Shown here piece after piece: positions 29,404-39,863 of a stretch of 64,000 nt of DNA. The notes beneath the pieces were generated by a model. That model was not told where the DNA came from and did not search any database. It saw only the letters and a list, made by a program, of their open reading frames with translations. The position numbers and the translations under genes were made by a program. Source of the DNA: Candidatus Hodarchaeota archaeon (GTDB lineage Archaea > Asgardarchaeota > Lokiarchaeia > Sigyniarchaeales > SOKP01); contig JBHLKM010000008.1 of NCBI GenBank assembly GCA_048886685.1, positions 64,001 through 128,000 of the forward strand, given 5' to 3'. Every line of letters starts with the position of its first letter. Positions within the stretch are counted from its first letter, which is position 1.

Positions 29404-30717
29404 TTAAGACCCTATTAGATACATTAATCCTTCGGGGAGATGTTCTCGCCATGCAATATATTCATGTCCACCAGGATATTCTTCATAATAATGCTCATAT
29501 CCTTTTGTCAGGAGCATTTCACGAAATCTTTGGACCGAAGGCATAGTTCGAGTTTCAAGATTTCCCACGTTTACATAGAACTTTAACGGCAACTTTTCAC
29601 TTTTATAAAACTGCCTAATTATCCAATACGGTTCTTGTTCATCTTCCTTGTTCCACCATCGAACAAAATCATTTCCATAATAATAACGCATTCGCTGGAA
29701 AAATATATTTCCTGGAAACCAGCCATAAAATCCTGATTGTGATAAAATGTTTCTAAAAGTATTTGGGTATGAATATCCAATAAAAGCTGCTGCTAAGGCA
29801 CCAGAACTACTTCCCATTAATACTGCTTTGTTAGGATCAGAGGAAATATGATAATTTTGTCTAGCCCATGATACCAGTTCTTTAGCAATAAAATCTGCGA
29901 AGGGGGGATAGCAGTCTAAATCCTTTCCTCTTTGGAAACCACTGTAATTATGAATGAAAACAGCCACTAGGGGGGGAATTTTATTTTGAGCTATTAAATT
30001 ATCAAATATTATAGGGGATTGGGTAAAGTTAAGAAATGCCTTACCATCAAAAATTACTAAGAAATGATATTTTTCCTTAGTTTTTGTAAAATTAGGAGGA
30101 GTATATATCCAAATCTTACGAGTCATGTTTAATAATTTACTATAAATTTCAAGTTCCTCTACTCTTCCCGATGGTATATCATCGTTTTTTAACGTCCATA
30201 TACGAGGTTTTGTATCTGGCATTTCTAAAACAGAATATTCAATTTCAATCCGTTTTCCTTCTCTGTTATATCTTTGATAAAAATTTTTAGGGTTGAAAGG
30301 ATCAGGAGAACAGGTATGCCAATTAAGGATTATATTATCATAGAATCGATTATACCTTAGATTATTGTTCTTGCTGATACTATATATGGTACGAGTTCCA
30401 TTAAGCACTTTAAAAGTCTTATAGAAAAGATTAGTGTTTTCAATTTGTTCACAGACGTTATTTGTCAATACATCATCTTGATTTGCTAATGCTGTTATTA
30501 TTACTGCATTCTTAGTATCCTTTGATCCTTGAACAACAAAGGTTACAAGCTTGTAATTTTCATTATCTTCAAACGGCTCAATTATAGGTGTTCCCGTTTG
30601 TTTAATTTTTTCCCAAAATTCATTCAACGAGGATCTATTACCTTCAATTAAATCCTGTTCGAGTTTAGATATTATAGGGCTAGAAAAATAGTTTTTTCTT
30701 AACATTTTATCATACAA
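29404..30717 (-). CDS. Fes-like (enterochelin esterase family) alpha/beta hydrolase
   Basis: N-terminal GTPIIEP...VTF, RKIWIYTPP, GSSSGA, SQSG, GGHEYIAW. Confidence 0.87.
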   Translation of the reverse strand: MYDKMLRKNYFSSPIISKLEQDLIEGNRSSLNEFWEKIKQTGTPIIEPFEDNENYKLVTFVVQGSKDTKNAVIITALANQDDVLTNNVCEQIENTNLFYKTFKVLNGTRTIYSISKNNNLRYNRFYDNIILNWHTCSPDPFNPKNFYQRYNREGKRIEIEYSVLEMPDTKPRIWTLKNDDIPSGRVEELEIYSKLLNMTRKIWIYTPPNFTKTKEKYHFLVIFDGKAFLNFTQSPIIFDNLIAQNKIPPLVAVFIHNYSGFQRGKDLDCYPPFADFIAKELVSWARQNYHISSDPNKAVLMGSSSGALAAAFIGYSYPNTFRNILSQSGFYGWFPGNIFFQRMRYYYGNDFVRWWNKEDEQEPYWIIRQFYKSEKLPLKFYVNVGNLETRTMPSVQRFREMLLTKGYEHYYEEYPGGHEYIAWREHLPEGLMYLIGS

Positions 30718-31018
30718 TAAGAATTATAAAAACGAATAGTATAGAAATATAATTAGATTTCTTTAATTCAAGAAGAATGAAAAAGTTTTCTAATCGTAAG
30801 GTTAGATTTATGATGATATAAGAAGCTTTGATATAAAAATTAGATAATTATATCCAACTGAGGGTTTTTTTTTTTTTTTATTCTTTGAGCAAGAATTTTT
30901 TTGTTTAGTAAAATTTTTTTTCTTAATTTATTTTTGTATTCTAACTATTAATCAATCAATTTATTTCTAAGGAAAAGAAATTATAGAATTTCATACTTCT
31001 CAAATAATCCTACCAATT

Positions 31019-33199
31019 ATGATAAAAACAATTCCAGATAAAATTCCTGAGCCGATAGTGGCAAACTTAGAAAAAGGAATTTATGACAAGATTATTTTAT
31101 TCGCCCTAGCGGTTTTTGGATCTCATAAATTAAAGGAACTTATAAATGATCCTAGCAAATCTATAGAAAATAGGATGGATAATACAATCTTCTATCAGTG
31201 GGCAGAAAAATTAAAAGAGGAGCAGTTTATAGAAGAGTTTGACTTAGATGGCGAGTCAAATTTTCGAATCACTTCTAAAGGTGAAGATGAATTACTAAAC
31301 TATGTAGAAAAATTAGGGATTTTAAAAATACTTGAGGAGACTATTGGTCCAATTGAAAAAGATAAAGAATTGTCTTCTAAATCTATTTCTGGTTATAGAA
31401 TTACATATAAAGATTATATTTTTGGCTTACTATCATTATTTTGGCGTATAGATTCATTTTTTATTGAAAAGGAATTCGAAAAAATAGGACCAGATAAAAA
31501 AGTGTCTCTTGGAAAGTGTTTAGAGCGAAATGCAATAAAATTTCCAAATAACAAAGCTCTTCTCTATGAGGAACAAGAATATACATATAAAGAACTAAAT
31601 GAATGGATCAATCGATATGCGAACTATTTTCTCTCTTTAGGTGTAAAAAAAGGAGAAGTAATTAATATCTTCTTAGAAAATAGACCTGAATTGATGTTTT
31701 TAATGGCAGCAATGTCAAAAATAGGTACAATAGGTTCTTTAATAAATACAAGACAACGGGCAGTAACACTTCGGCATAGTTTGAAACTAAATCAAGTGAG
31801 AATTTATGTTATCGGAGAGGAACTTATAGATGCTTTTGAAGAAGTAAAGGGGGATCTGGAATTATCACCAGAAGATAAGCTTTATTATGTTATGGATAAA
31901 GGTCAAAGAGATATACCAGAAGGATATATTGACTTTAAAGCTCAAATAAAGAATCAAACCGTTTTAAATCCTCTAACCACAGCCAATATATTAGGAAAAG
32001 ATACTTATGTATTTATATTCACTTCAGGTACCACAGGTCTCCCGAAAGCAGCTCATATCCGAAATGTTCACACTGTTGGAGCAATATTGGGGTGGGGAAA
32101 AATGGCTTTAAACATGCAACCAGATGATATATACTATATTTCTCTTCCAATATACCATAGCAATGCTTTACATCTTGGATGGTCTGCTGCAATTGCTAAT
32201 GGTTCAGCAGTCGCATTAGCTCGAAGATTCAGTGTGCGTAATTTTTGGAAAGATATAAATAAATTTAAAGCCACATGCTTTAATTATATCGGGGAAATTT
32301 GCCGATACCTTTATAATCAACCACCTAGTTCTAATGATAGGAAGCATACAGTCTATAAAATTGCCGGAAATGGACTCAAACCGGAGATGTGGAAGGATTT
32401 TAAAGAGAGATTTGGAATAAAAGAAGTATACGAACACTATGGAATGACAGAAATGCGGGGGATGTTTTGCAATTATCTCAATTTGGACTGCACAATTGGA
32501 ATTTGTTTAAGTGAGCATGCTATTGTAAAATACGATATTGAAAATGATGAGCCAATTCGTGGAGAGGATGGATTTCTTCAAATGGTTGGGGAGGGTGAAG
32601 CGGGATTATTTCTTATGAAAATTCAAGATCCTTATACATTTGCGGGATATACTAGTAAATCAGCAAGTAAACAAAAGATAATTGAAAATGTTTTTGAAAA
32701 AGGTGATAAATGGATGTATTCCGGTGATTTAATAAGACCTATAGGATATGGTCATGCCCAATTTGTAGATCGGCTTGGTGATACCTTTCGTTGGAAAGGG
32801 GAGAATGTATCCACATCTGAAGTTGAAGATGTCATATCTTCTTTTGAAGAAGTTGAGCATTCATCAGTTTATGGCGTTCATGTACCTAACACCGAGGGTA
32901 GAGCCGGAATGGCATCAATTTTCACTAAGAATAAACATGAATTATTTAATTTTGAGGGATTTTCAAAATTATTAAATGAAAATTTACCTAAGTATGCAAT
33001 ACCTCTTTTTGTACGTTTCTTGTCAGCATTATCTACAACAAATACTTACAAAATCCCAAAATCAGATATGAAAAAAGTTGGTTTCGATATTAGTAAAACG
33101 GAAGACCCAATTTACGTTCTCTTGCCAGATACTTCAGATTATACTTTCCTAACTGAAGAAATTCATTCAAATATTATGAATGAGAAATATAGATTTTAA
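31019..33199 (+). CDS. FATP/FadD6-type long-chain acyl-CoA synthetase with an extra N-terminal wHTH-like domain
   Basis: IFTSGTTGLPKAA, YIGEICRYL, DRLGDTFRWKGENVST, EGRAGMA; about 130 extra N-terminal residues. Confidence 0.92.
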   Translation: MIKTIPDKIPEPIVANLEKGIYDKIILFALAVFGSHKLKELINDPSKSIENRMDNTIFYQWAEKLKEEQFIEEFDLDGESNFRITSKGEDELLNYVEKLGILKILEETIGPIEKDKELSSKSISGYRITYKDYIFGLLSLFWRIDSFFIEKEFEKIGPDKKVSLGKCLERNAIKFPNNKALLYEEQEYTYKELNEWINRYANYFLSLGVKKGEVINIFLENRPELMFLMAAMSKIGTIGSLINTRQRAVTLRHSLKLNQVRIYVIGEELIDAFEEVKGDLELSPEDKLYYVMDKGQRDIPEGYIDFKAQIKNQTVLNPLTTANILGKDTYVFIFTSGTTGLPKAAHIRNVHTVGAILGWGKMALNMQPDDIYYISLPIYHSNALHLGWSAAIANGSAVALARRFSVRNFWKDINKFKATCFNYIGEICRYLYNQPPSSNDRKHTVYKIAGNGLKPEMWKDFKERFGIKEVYEHYGMTEMRGMFCNYLNLDCTIGICLSEHAIVKYDIENDEPIRGEDGFLQMVGEGEAGLFLMKIQDPYTFAGYTSKSASKQKIIENVFEKGDKWMYSGDLIRPIGYGHAQFVDRLGDTFRWKGENVSTSEVEDVISSFEEVEHSSVYGVHVPNTEGRAGMASIFTKNKHELFNFEGFSKLLNENLPKYAIPLFVRFLSALSTTNTYKIPKSDMKKVGFDISKTEDPIYVLLPDTSDYTFLTEEIHSNIMNEKYRF

Positions 33200-33295
33200 G
33201 GAAGATATTAAATATCTTAACGAGAAATTTTAAAATTACAATTAGATTTTATTATATAACAAAATTGAAGTGAATTAATAAAATATTGATGAAAA

Positions 33296-34429
33296 ATGTC
33301 AAAAGCTATAGATGAAAAATATAGGAATGCTGTTCAAGTAATCAATACCGCAGGTGGTAGTCCAATTCCTGTAACTGACACTACTATTGCAATATTAAAG
33401 CATATTGTTTCGGAAGAGTATATAGACTTCATAATAGCATTTAAAGGTCGAAGATCTCAATCTATGGAACAATTAAAAGAGAGTACTGGGTTAACTGAGG
33501 AAGAAATCAATGAAAAAGTAAAATTGTTAGCCGCAAAAGGCTTAATAATGAACCAACCGAGTCGTACTGGTTTAATGGTCTTTCGATTAATGCCATTTAT
33601 CAATGTGGGGGTATTTGAATATACATTTATGAAAAAACTTGAATACAATGATTGGGAAAAAGAATTAGCGCAATTATTTGGGAAGCTTAATCAAGAGTCC
33701 AGAGGTAGAATGCTTGCTAATTATGACTATGTAGTTAAAAATATTCTTCCAAATATACGTCCAATTGACAGGACAGTACCTTATACTGAAAATTTTGAAA
33801 CTGGAAAAGAAATTAATATCACCATTGATAAAGAATTGGAAGCACCAGAAGAAAAAATAATTTCTACTCAAAAAGTTGAAGATATAATTCAAAAATTTGA
33901 TGATATTGCTGTAGGACATTGTTATTGCCGTCATCACCGTGATCTATTAGGAGAACCATGTAAACAAACTGATATGCGAGAAAATTGTTTTACATTTGGA
34001 AAATCTGCTCGCTATACTACTGAACAAGGCTTTGCTAGAATGATTTCTAAAGAAGAAGCACTTGAGATATTAAAAAAATCTGAAGAAGATGGATTGGTAC
34101 ATAAAGCATATCATCCCAATATGGATTTCAAGCGAGAAGAAGATAGTATATGCAATTGTTGCTCAGATTGTTGTGGTCAAGCAAGAGGTATAACAGTTAA
34201 TTTTACAGATCATATAGCGCGAGTAGATCATGACCTTTGTGCTGGATGTGGGACATGTGTCGAAAAATGCTATTCAGGTGCTAAAAGTTTAAACGATGAA
34301 GGAAAAGCTGAAACTGATGAAGAACTTTGTATAGGGTGTGGTATATGTGCCGCATTCTGCCCTGAAGGTGCTATCTCCTTAGTTGAAAAACAGAGAGTTG
34401 TAAGGTTTGCTCCTCCTCGTCCCAGCTAA
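33296..34429 (+). CDS. Multi-Cys 4Fe-4S protein with N-terminal wHTH-like region
   Basis: CYCR, GLVH, ICNCCSDCC, two C-terminal CxxCxxCxxxC motifs. Confidence 0.85.
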   Translation: MSKAIDEKYRNAVQVINTAGGSPIPVTDTTIAILKHIVSEEYIDFIIAFKGRRSQSMEQLKESTGLTEEEINEKVKLLAAKGLIMNQPSRTGLMVFRLMPFINVGVFEYTFMKKLEYNDWEKELAQLFGKLNQESRGRMLANYDYVVKNILPNIRPIDRTVPYTENFETGKEINITIDKELEAPEEKIISTQKVEDIIQKFDDIAVGHCYCRHHRDLLGEPCKQTDMRENCFTFGKSARYTTEQGFARMISKEEALEILKKSEEDGLVHKAYHPNMDFKREEDSICNCCSDCCGQARGITVNFTDHIARVDHDLCAGCGTCVEKCYSGAKSLNDEGKAETDEELCIGCGICAAFCPEGAISLVEKQRVVRFAPPRPS

Positions 34430-34533
34430 AATATCATTATTTTTTACTTTACAATCTTTATTTTTATTACCTTATAATGTACATTCTATCAACGTCATAA
34501 ATATTTAATACATATCAATTGAAAAATTATATT

Positions 34534-35439
34534 ATGAAAATCAAAAAAGTTGATCCAAATCTTAGTTGTATAAACTTGGATAATTTTTTAAATATATGGG
34601 TGTACTTCGATGAGGATATTTGTTTTTTGGTAGATCCAGGACCCACTGTAACTATCAATTTATTAAAGAAGTGCCTAGATCAATTAAATATTAAAAAAGA
34701 TGATCTAAATTATATTCTTATCACGCATCCTCATATTGATCACGCTGGCGGGGCAGGAAAATTACTCCGTTTTTTCCCTCAAGCTAAAATTATATGTCAC
34801 CCAAGAGGTATAAAACATCTCATAAATCCTAATAAACTTTGGGAAGCAAGTCTTAGGGTTTTGGGTAAAGCTGCAGAATTTTATGGAAAAATTGAACCTG
34901 TTCCTGAAGATCGTATAGAGTATCAAGAAAAATTGGAAAATGGTCTAATAAAAATAATAGAAACTTTAGGACATTCACCTCACCATCAATCTTACCTTTT
35001 TAAAAACATCTTATTTGTTGGAGAAGCATGTGGTCATCATTATCCAACAGATGAAATTATTTATATTCGTCCAGCGACACCACCTATCTTTGATTTTGAT
35101 ATTTATGTTTCTTCACTTCAAAAATTGATCAAATTAAAATTGGATAGTTTCAAAATATGTTTTCCTCACTGGGGACTGAGAGACAAAGCTGTTCTAATGA
35201 TACAGATCGCTCATGATCAAATTAATACTTGGTTTAAGGTAATCGAATCTCTTTACGACAAAAGAAAACAGCCCAATTTTATGGAAATCATTTTTATGGA
35301 ATTAAAGAAAGCTGATAATATTTTTGCGAATTTAGAATTACTAAGTAAAGAAATCCAATCTAGAGAGCCTTATACTATAAGACAGAGTGTTGCTGGAATC
35401 TTAGGGTATATTGAGAAAAAAAAGGAAGAAAAAATGTAA
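34534..35439 (+). CDS. MBL-fold metallo-hydrolase
   Basis: THPHIDHAGG, GHSPHH, PHWG; ATG at 34534 preferred over TTG at 34519. Confidence 0.9.
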   Translation: MKIKKVDPNLSCINLDNFLNIWVYFDEDICFLVDPGPTVTINLLKKCLDQLNIKKDDLNYILITHPHIDHAGGAGKLLRFFPQAKIICHPRGIKHLINPNKLWEASLRVLGKAAEFYGKIEPVPEDRIEYQEKLENGLIKIIETLGHSPHHQSYLFKNILFVGEACGHHYPTDEIIYIRPATPPIFDFDIYVSSLQKLIKLKLDSFKICFPHWGLRDKAVLMIQIAHDQINTWFKVIESLYDKRKQPNFMEIIFMELKKADNIFANLELLSKEIQSREPYTIRQSVAGILGYIEKKKEEKM

Positions 35440-35632
35440 TTCAATTCATATTTTTTAAGAGTATGGAATTTTTTTTTAGGGTTTTAAACCTAATTCAAAA
35501 GTGTTTTACATCTTTCTTTTTCGCTCTCTTACAATATTTTACGGTGGTGTTTTTACCCGAAAGTGAATATATTATTTCTTCTAATATTAATTATAATAAT
35601 TAGATTATAAAAAAAAAAGTAAATCAAAATCT

Positions 35633-36202
35633 TTATTTGATTTCAATTTTTTTCTTTTCTGGGACTACAGGTTCAACCTTGGGGATCGTTACTGTCAATA
35701 TCCCCTTATCGAGACTAGCGTCAATCTTATCCTCATCGATGTTATCAGGTAAGGAAAAAGCCCGATAATAACTTGAAGAACGATATTCTCTCCTGACTAA
35801 TTCTCCTTCCTTCTCTTCTTTCTTTTCTTCTTTTACTTCTCCTTTGATCTCTAAATTCCCGTCTTGGATAGTAATTTCAATATCACTCTTTTCTAATCCC
35901 GGTAATTCCGCACTAATAGAAAAGGCATCGTCTCCTTCGGTAATGTTTGCTAAAGGTGTTCTAAAAATTGGCTCATCTTCTCTTATAATCAATGAAAATG
36001 GTCGTCTCCGTTGCCTTCCAAACGGCCAAAACCAATCGTCAAAGAAATTTCGTTGCATATCATTAAACATTTTATCCATCTCTTGAAATAACGAAAATGG
36101 ACTTTCTCTTCTTACTGTTATTTCTCTTGATTTTTGATCTTCCCGTTTTTCTTCCTTACTCTTTTCTTTCTTTTTCACTTCAATTTTATTTTTTTCACTC
36201 AT
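35633..36202 (-). CDS. hsp20: Small heat-shock protein (Hsp20/alpha-crystallin)
   Basis: AELPGLEKSDI, LEIKGE, YRAFSLP, ASLDKGILTVTIPK; GAGGTGA SD. Confidence 0.95.
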   Translation of the reverse strand: MSEKNKIEVKKKEKSKEEKREDQKSREITVRRESPFSLFQEMDKMFNDMQRNFFDDWFWPFGRQRRRPFSLIIREDEPIFRTPLANITEGDDAFSISAELPGLEKSDIEITIQDGNLEIKGEVKEEKKEEKEGELVRREYRSSSYYRAFSLPDNIDEDKIDASLDKGILTVTIPKVEPVVPEKKKIEIK

Positions 36203-36430
36203 TTAATTCACCTCAATATTTTTTATTTTTATACTTATGTCAAGGAAAGGTTTACAACTCTTGATTACAATATATTAACTGACATATTTAAATATTTCGT
36301 TTTTTTTCCTTTGAAGAATCAGTGCTCGTCTTATGAAGACTTCATTCTATTAGACTTTATATAAAGAAGTATATGTCATAAAAATAAAAAATAAGCGTAT
36401 AAAATGGTCCTTTTTTTCCTAATTTGTAAT

Positions 36431-37285
36431 TTAGATTTTTTTCTCTAAATAACTTTGTAAGACATCAAAACCGCTTAGTATCCATTTATAACGATTTTCA
36501 ATTCCTTGTTTCATATCCATTTCTGTAAATATATAAAAAATATCGTTTTCAATCGCATTGAATGTCATATCTGCCACTAAATCTGGAGACATTGAACCAC
36601 GATATCTATTTCTTATCTCCTCTAATCTCTCATTTATTTTCTCCCGATTTGTTGAGCCTTTACTGGGATTTTTTAGATCTTTCGGTCGATTTCTGTTGCT
36701 ATCAACTATAGCTGTATCTACAATTCCAGGAACCAATAAAGAGACACTTACATTTGAATCTATTTTCTTTAATTCGATTCTCATTAACTCTGATAAGGCT
36801 GTTACTCCGTATTTCGTGATATCATAAGCTCCATTTCCAGGAGAGAAAGCACTTCCTGAAGATGTGTTTACAATATGAGATTCTTCATTTTGTTCAAACA
36901 TAATTGGTAGAAAAGTTATAACTCCGTAGATTACACCCCATAGATTAACAGCTATTACCCATTGAAAATCCTTTAAAGTATTTTGAAGAATATTTGTTCC
37001 AGGTATTACCCCTGCATTGTTAAAAAGTAAATTAACCTTTCCATATGCTTTTAAAGTCTGATCAGCAAGATTTTTTATATCTTCCAATGAAGAAACATCA
37101 CAAACAACTGCAAGCGCATCCCCACCAGTGTTCTTCAGTTCGTTTGTTACTTTTAAAAGTAAGTCTTCTTCAATATCTGATAAAACAGTTTTTATCCCTA
37201 GCTTTACGCAATGCTTCGCAATCCCTAATCCAATCCCACTGGCAGCTCCTGTAATTACTGCTACCTTATTTTTGAAATCTTTCAT
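36431..37285 (-). CDS. Short-chain dehydrogenase/reductase
   Basis: TGAASGIG, NNAG, YDITK (YxxxK). Confidence 0.93.
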   Translation of the reverse strand: MKDFKNKVAVITGAASGIGLGIAKHCVKLGIKTVLSDIEEDLLLKVTNELKNTGGDALAVVCDVSSLEDIKNLADQTLKAYGKVNLLFNNAGVIPGTNILQNTLKDFQWVIAVNLWGVIYGVITFLPIMFEQNEESHIVNTSSGSAFSPGNGAYDITKYGVTALSELMRIELKKIDSNVSVSLLVPGIVDTAIVDSNRNRPKDLKNPSKGSTNREKINERLEEIRNRYRGSMSPDLVADMTFNAIENDIFYIFTEMDMKQGIENRYKWILSGFDVLQSYLEKKI

Positions 37286-37382
37286 TATTGTTAAAAAAGA
37301 AAAGTAAATATTAATTTAGACATACAATCATATAAAATTATTCAAATATTTTAAAAATTAAGAAGATATGTATCGATTTAAA

Positions 37383-37615
37383 ATGGACTATAAATTCATA
37401 ACTCTTGACAATAAGGATCACTTAACAAATATTTGTCTTAACCGACCAAAAGTACTAAATGCTATTAATGCTCATGTAAGTTTTGAGCTTGAAAATGCTC
37501 AAAGGCAAATACTACAATATTCCCACTATATAGAAAATTTACTCAATCTCATGATTTTATTGAAGTTCCAAGAGCTTTCTCAGAAAAAAGAAAACCTATT
37601 TGGAAAGGAATCTAA
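37383..37615 (+). pseudogene. Internally deleted, frameshifted enoyl-CoA hydratase paralog
   Basis: About 39 N-terminal codons (MDYKFI...LNRPKVLNAINAHVSFELEN) joined out of frame near 37500 to the last ~37 codons (KANTTIFPLYRKFTQSHDFIEVPRAFSEKRKPIWKGI*), matching both ends of 37650-38447. Confidence 0.88.
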
Positions 37616-37649
37616 ATAAAAAGATATTAAAGATATAGGATGAATAAAA

Positions 37650-38447
37650 ATGGATTATAAATATATTATTGTTGAAAAGAAAGAACATCTTTTAATTATT
37701 CGTCTTAATAGACCAGAAGTAAGAAATGCTATCAATCCATATGTAAGCATCGAGTTAGAAGATGTGTTTAATGAATTTGAAAATGACCCAGATTCATGGA
37801 TTGCAATCGTGACAGGAGTAGGTGATAAAGCATTTTCGGCAGGATTTGATTTAAAATGGGGTGCCACTGCTAGTCCCGAAGAACAAAGAGAAGCTTTTAG
37901 CAAACTCAAATACAGAGCTGTTACTGGAGGATTAACCTTTAATCCCAATATTACTAAACCTGTTATTGCTGCGGTAAATGGTTTTGCTTTTGGTGGAGGA
38001 TTCGAACTTGCGTTAGGCAGTGATCTCATCATTGCGGCTGAAAATGCTGTTTTTTCTCTGCCTGAGCCATTAGTGGGACGAGTACCTACTGAAGGGGGAG
38101 TTCATAGATTAGTAAGATATCTCCCTTATCATCTAGCAATGGAAATACTCTTTACACACAAGCGTATTTCTGCTCAAGAAGGACTAGAACTTGGTTTTGT
38201 GAATAAAGTTGTCCCATTAGACCAATTAATGCCTGAAGCAGAAAAAATGGCAAATATCATAATGGAGGGTTCTCCTTTAGCAATCCGTGCAATTAAACAA
38301 ATGGCAAATGATGGACTCGAAATGACATTGAGAAAAGCAAATACTACAATATTCCCTCTATATAGACAATTTACCCAGTCTCATGATTTCATTGAAGGAC
38401 CAAGAGCCTTCTCTGAAAAAAGAAAACCTATTTGGAAAGGAGTTTAA
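37650..38447 (+). CDS. Enoyl-CoA hydratase (CaiD-like)
   Basis: LNRPEVRNA, FSAGFDL, GGGFELAL, LPEPLVG. Confidence 0.93.
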   Translation: MDYKYIIVEKKEHLLIIRLNRPEVRNAINPYVSIELEDVFNEFENDPDSWIAIVTGVGDKAFSAGFDLKWGATASPEEQREAFSKLKYRAVTGGLTFNPNITKPVIAAVNGFAFGGGFELALGSDLIIAAENAVFSLPEPLVGRVPTEGGVHRLVRYLPYHLAMEILFTHKRISAQEGLELGFVNKVVPLDQLMPEAEKMANIIMEGSPLAIRAIKQMANDGLEMTLRKANTTIFPLYRQFTQSHDFIEGPRAFSEKRKPIWKGV

Positions 38448-38483
38448 AATATTAAGAATTCAAAAATTTGGAAATGATATATT

Positions 38484-39275
38484 ATGAAATATGAATACAT
38501 AATTGTAGAAAAGAAAGAACATATAACAATTGTTACCCTAAATCGACCAGAAGTATTGAATGCGCTTCATCCTTATATACAATTAGAACTTGGACATGCA
38601 ATTAATGAATTTGAGGATGAACCTAATGCGTGGGTTGCAATTTTAACAGGTGTAGGAGAAAAAGCGTTTTCTGCTGGCGCCGATTTAAAGTGGGCAGCAA
38701 CAACGAGTGTTGAAGAACAGAGAAAAGCTTATGAAAAAGTAAGAAGTCAATCAGCTTCGCTTATAAGAAATTTTAGAATTACTAAACCATTAATTGCAGC
38801 AGTTAATGGTCTTGCCTTTGGAGGGGGCTTCGAACTTGCCTTAAGCTGTGATCTTATTATTGCTGCTGAACACGCTACATTTTGCCTACCAGAACCTGTT
38901 GTAGGGAGAATTCCTTCAGGAGGTGGAATTCATCGTTTAGTAAGATATCTTCCATATCATTTAGCAATGGACATTCTCCTTACCCGTAAACGCATAACTG
39001 CGCAAGAAGGGGTACAATATGGTTTTGTAAAAAAAGTAGTTCCATTCGATCAACTGTTAAATGAAGCAGAGAAAACAGCAAACATTATAATGGAAGGTTC
39101 ACCCCTTGCTATTCGAACAATAAAGCAAATGGCTATTGATGGACTTCAGATGACATTAAAAGAAGCCCTTTTTGCAAATTTTCCACTATATACGAAATTT
39201 CTCCGCTCTCATGATTTTAGAGAAGGTCCAAAAGCATTTAGTGAAAAAAGAAAACCTGTTTGGAAAGGAGAATAA
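38484..39275 (+). CDS. Enoyl-CoA hydratase (CaiD-like, tandem paralog)
   Basis: LNRPEVLNA, FSAGADL, GGGFELAL, LPEPVVG. Confidence 0.93.
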   Translation: MKYEYIIVEKKEHITIVTLNRPEVLNALHPYIQLELGHAINEFEDEPNAWVAILTGVGEKAFSAGADLKWAATTSVEEQRKAYEKVRSQSASLIRNFRITKPLIAAVNGLAFGGGFELALSCDLIIAAEHATFCLPEPVVGRIPSGGGIHRLVRYLPYHLAMDILLTRKRITAQEGVQYGFVKKVVPFDQLLNEAEKTANIIMEGSPLAIRTIKQMAIDGLQMTLKEALFANFPLYTKFLRSHDFREGPKAFSEKRKPVWKGE

Positions 39276-39311
39276 TTATTGCATTTAAGAAAGAAGAGAG
39301 TAAAAAAATTT

Positions 39312-39863
39312 TTAGTTCTTATTTTTTTGGGCTAGGAAAGTACACATCCCATCACGGGGCATTTCTTGAGTTTGACTTACCTCAACATCATCCATCTTAA
39401 GAATGTTAAAAATTGTTTTCCAAATAGTTAAACAACCATTTTTGCATGGTAATATTTTCAAATCTTCTTCAGGTAATGCTTCTTTTAGTTTGTTGTGAAC
39501 TGTACATGTATCCTCTACAATTGAAAAGCTCAATTCTTTATTATATGCAGTTTGGATTAACACAACACTCATCAAATGAATTGACAAACAGGTAATTTCA
39601 ATAAATCGTTGGGCTTCATGCGGAAATCTAATTTCTCCCGTCTTTTCAGCTGATAGTTTGATCATTTCGTACATGTGATCAATATTCTCGGGTTTAATTC
39701 CTAACTCATAAGTTCTTTCCATCAGATTTTTTCCCCATTCCTCAAAAACTGAAGCATCTTTCGATTCAAGGTATTTCTTGGCAATTTTGGCTCCACCAAA
39801 TTCCTCTTCAATAGTCTTGAAGAGTTCTTCTCTGATATTATAATCATATCGTGGTTGCATCAT
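39312..39863 (-). CDS. Hypothetical protein, possible V4R/ATC-hydrolase-like fold with 4 C-terminal Cys
   Basis: C-terminal TCTVH...PCKNGC...GMCTF; ATGA-type overlap with the ferredoxin gene. Confidence 0.6.
   Translation of the reverse strand: MMQPRYDYNIREELFKTIEEEFGGAKIAKKYLESKDASVFEEWGKNLMERTYELGIKPENIDHMYEMIKLSAEKTGEIRFPHEAQRFIEITCLSIHLMSVVLIQTAYNKELSFSIVEDTCTVHNKLKEALPEEDLKILPCKNGCLTIWKTIFNILKMDDVEVSQTQEMPRDGMCTFLAQKNKN

Noticed and set aside
29404-30717. Siderophore-utilisation system implied by the Fes-like esterase
   Set aside because: No iron-uptake genes nearby; better explained as one more esterase.
30865-30879. T15 homopolymer in the divergent spacer before the acyl-CoA synthetase as a phase-variation tract
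   Set aside because: Non-coding, and long T/A runs are common in spacers throughout this window.
37368-37619. 83-aa ORF as a real small protein
   Set aside because: Its second half is the out-of-frame reading of a crotonase C-terminus, so it is called a pseudogene.
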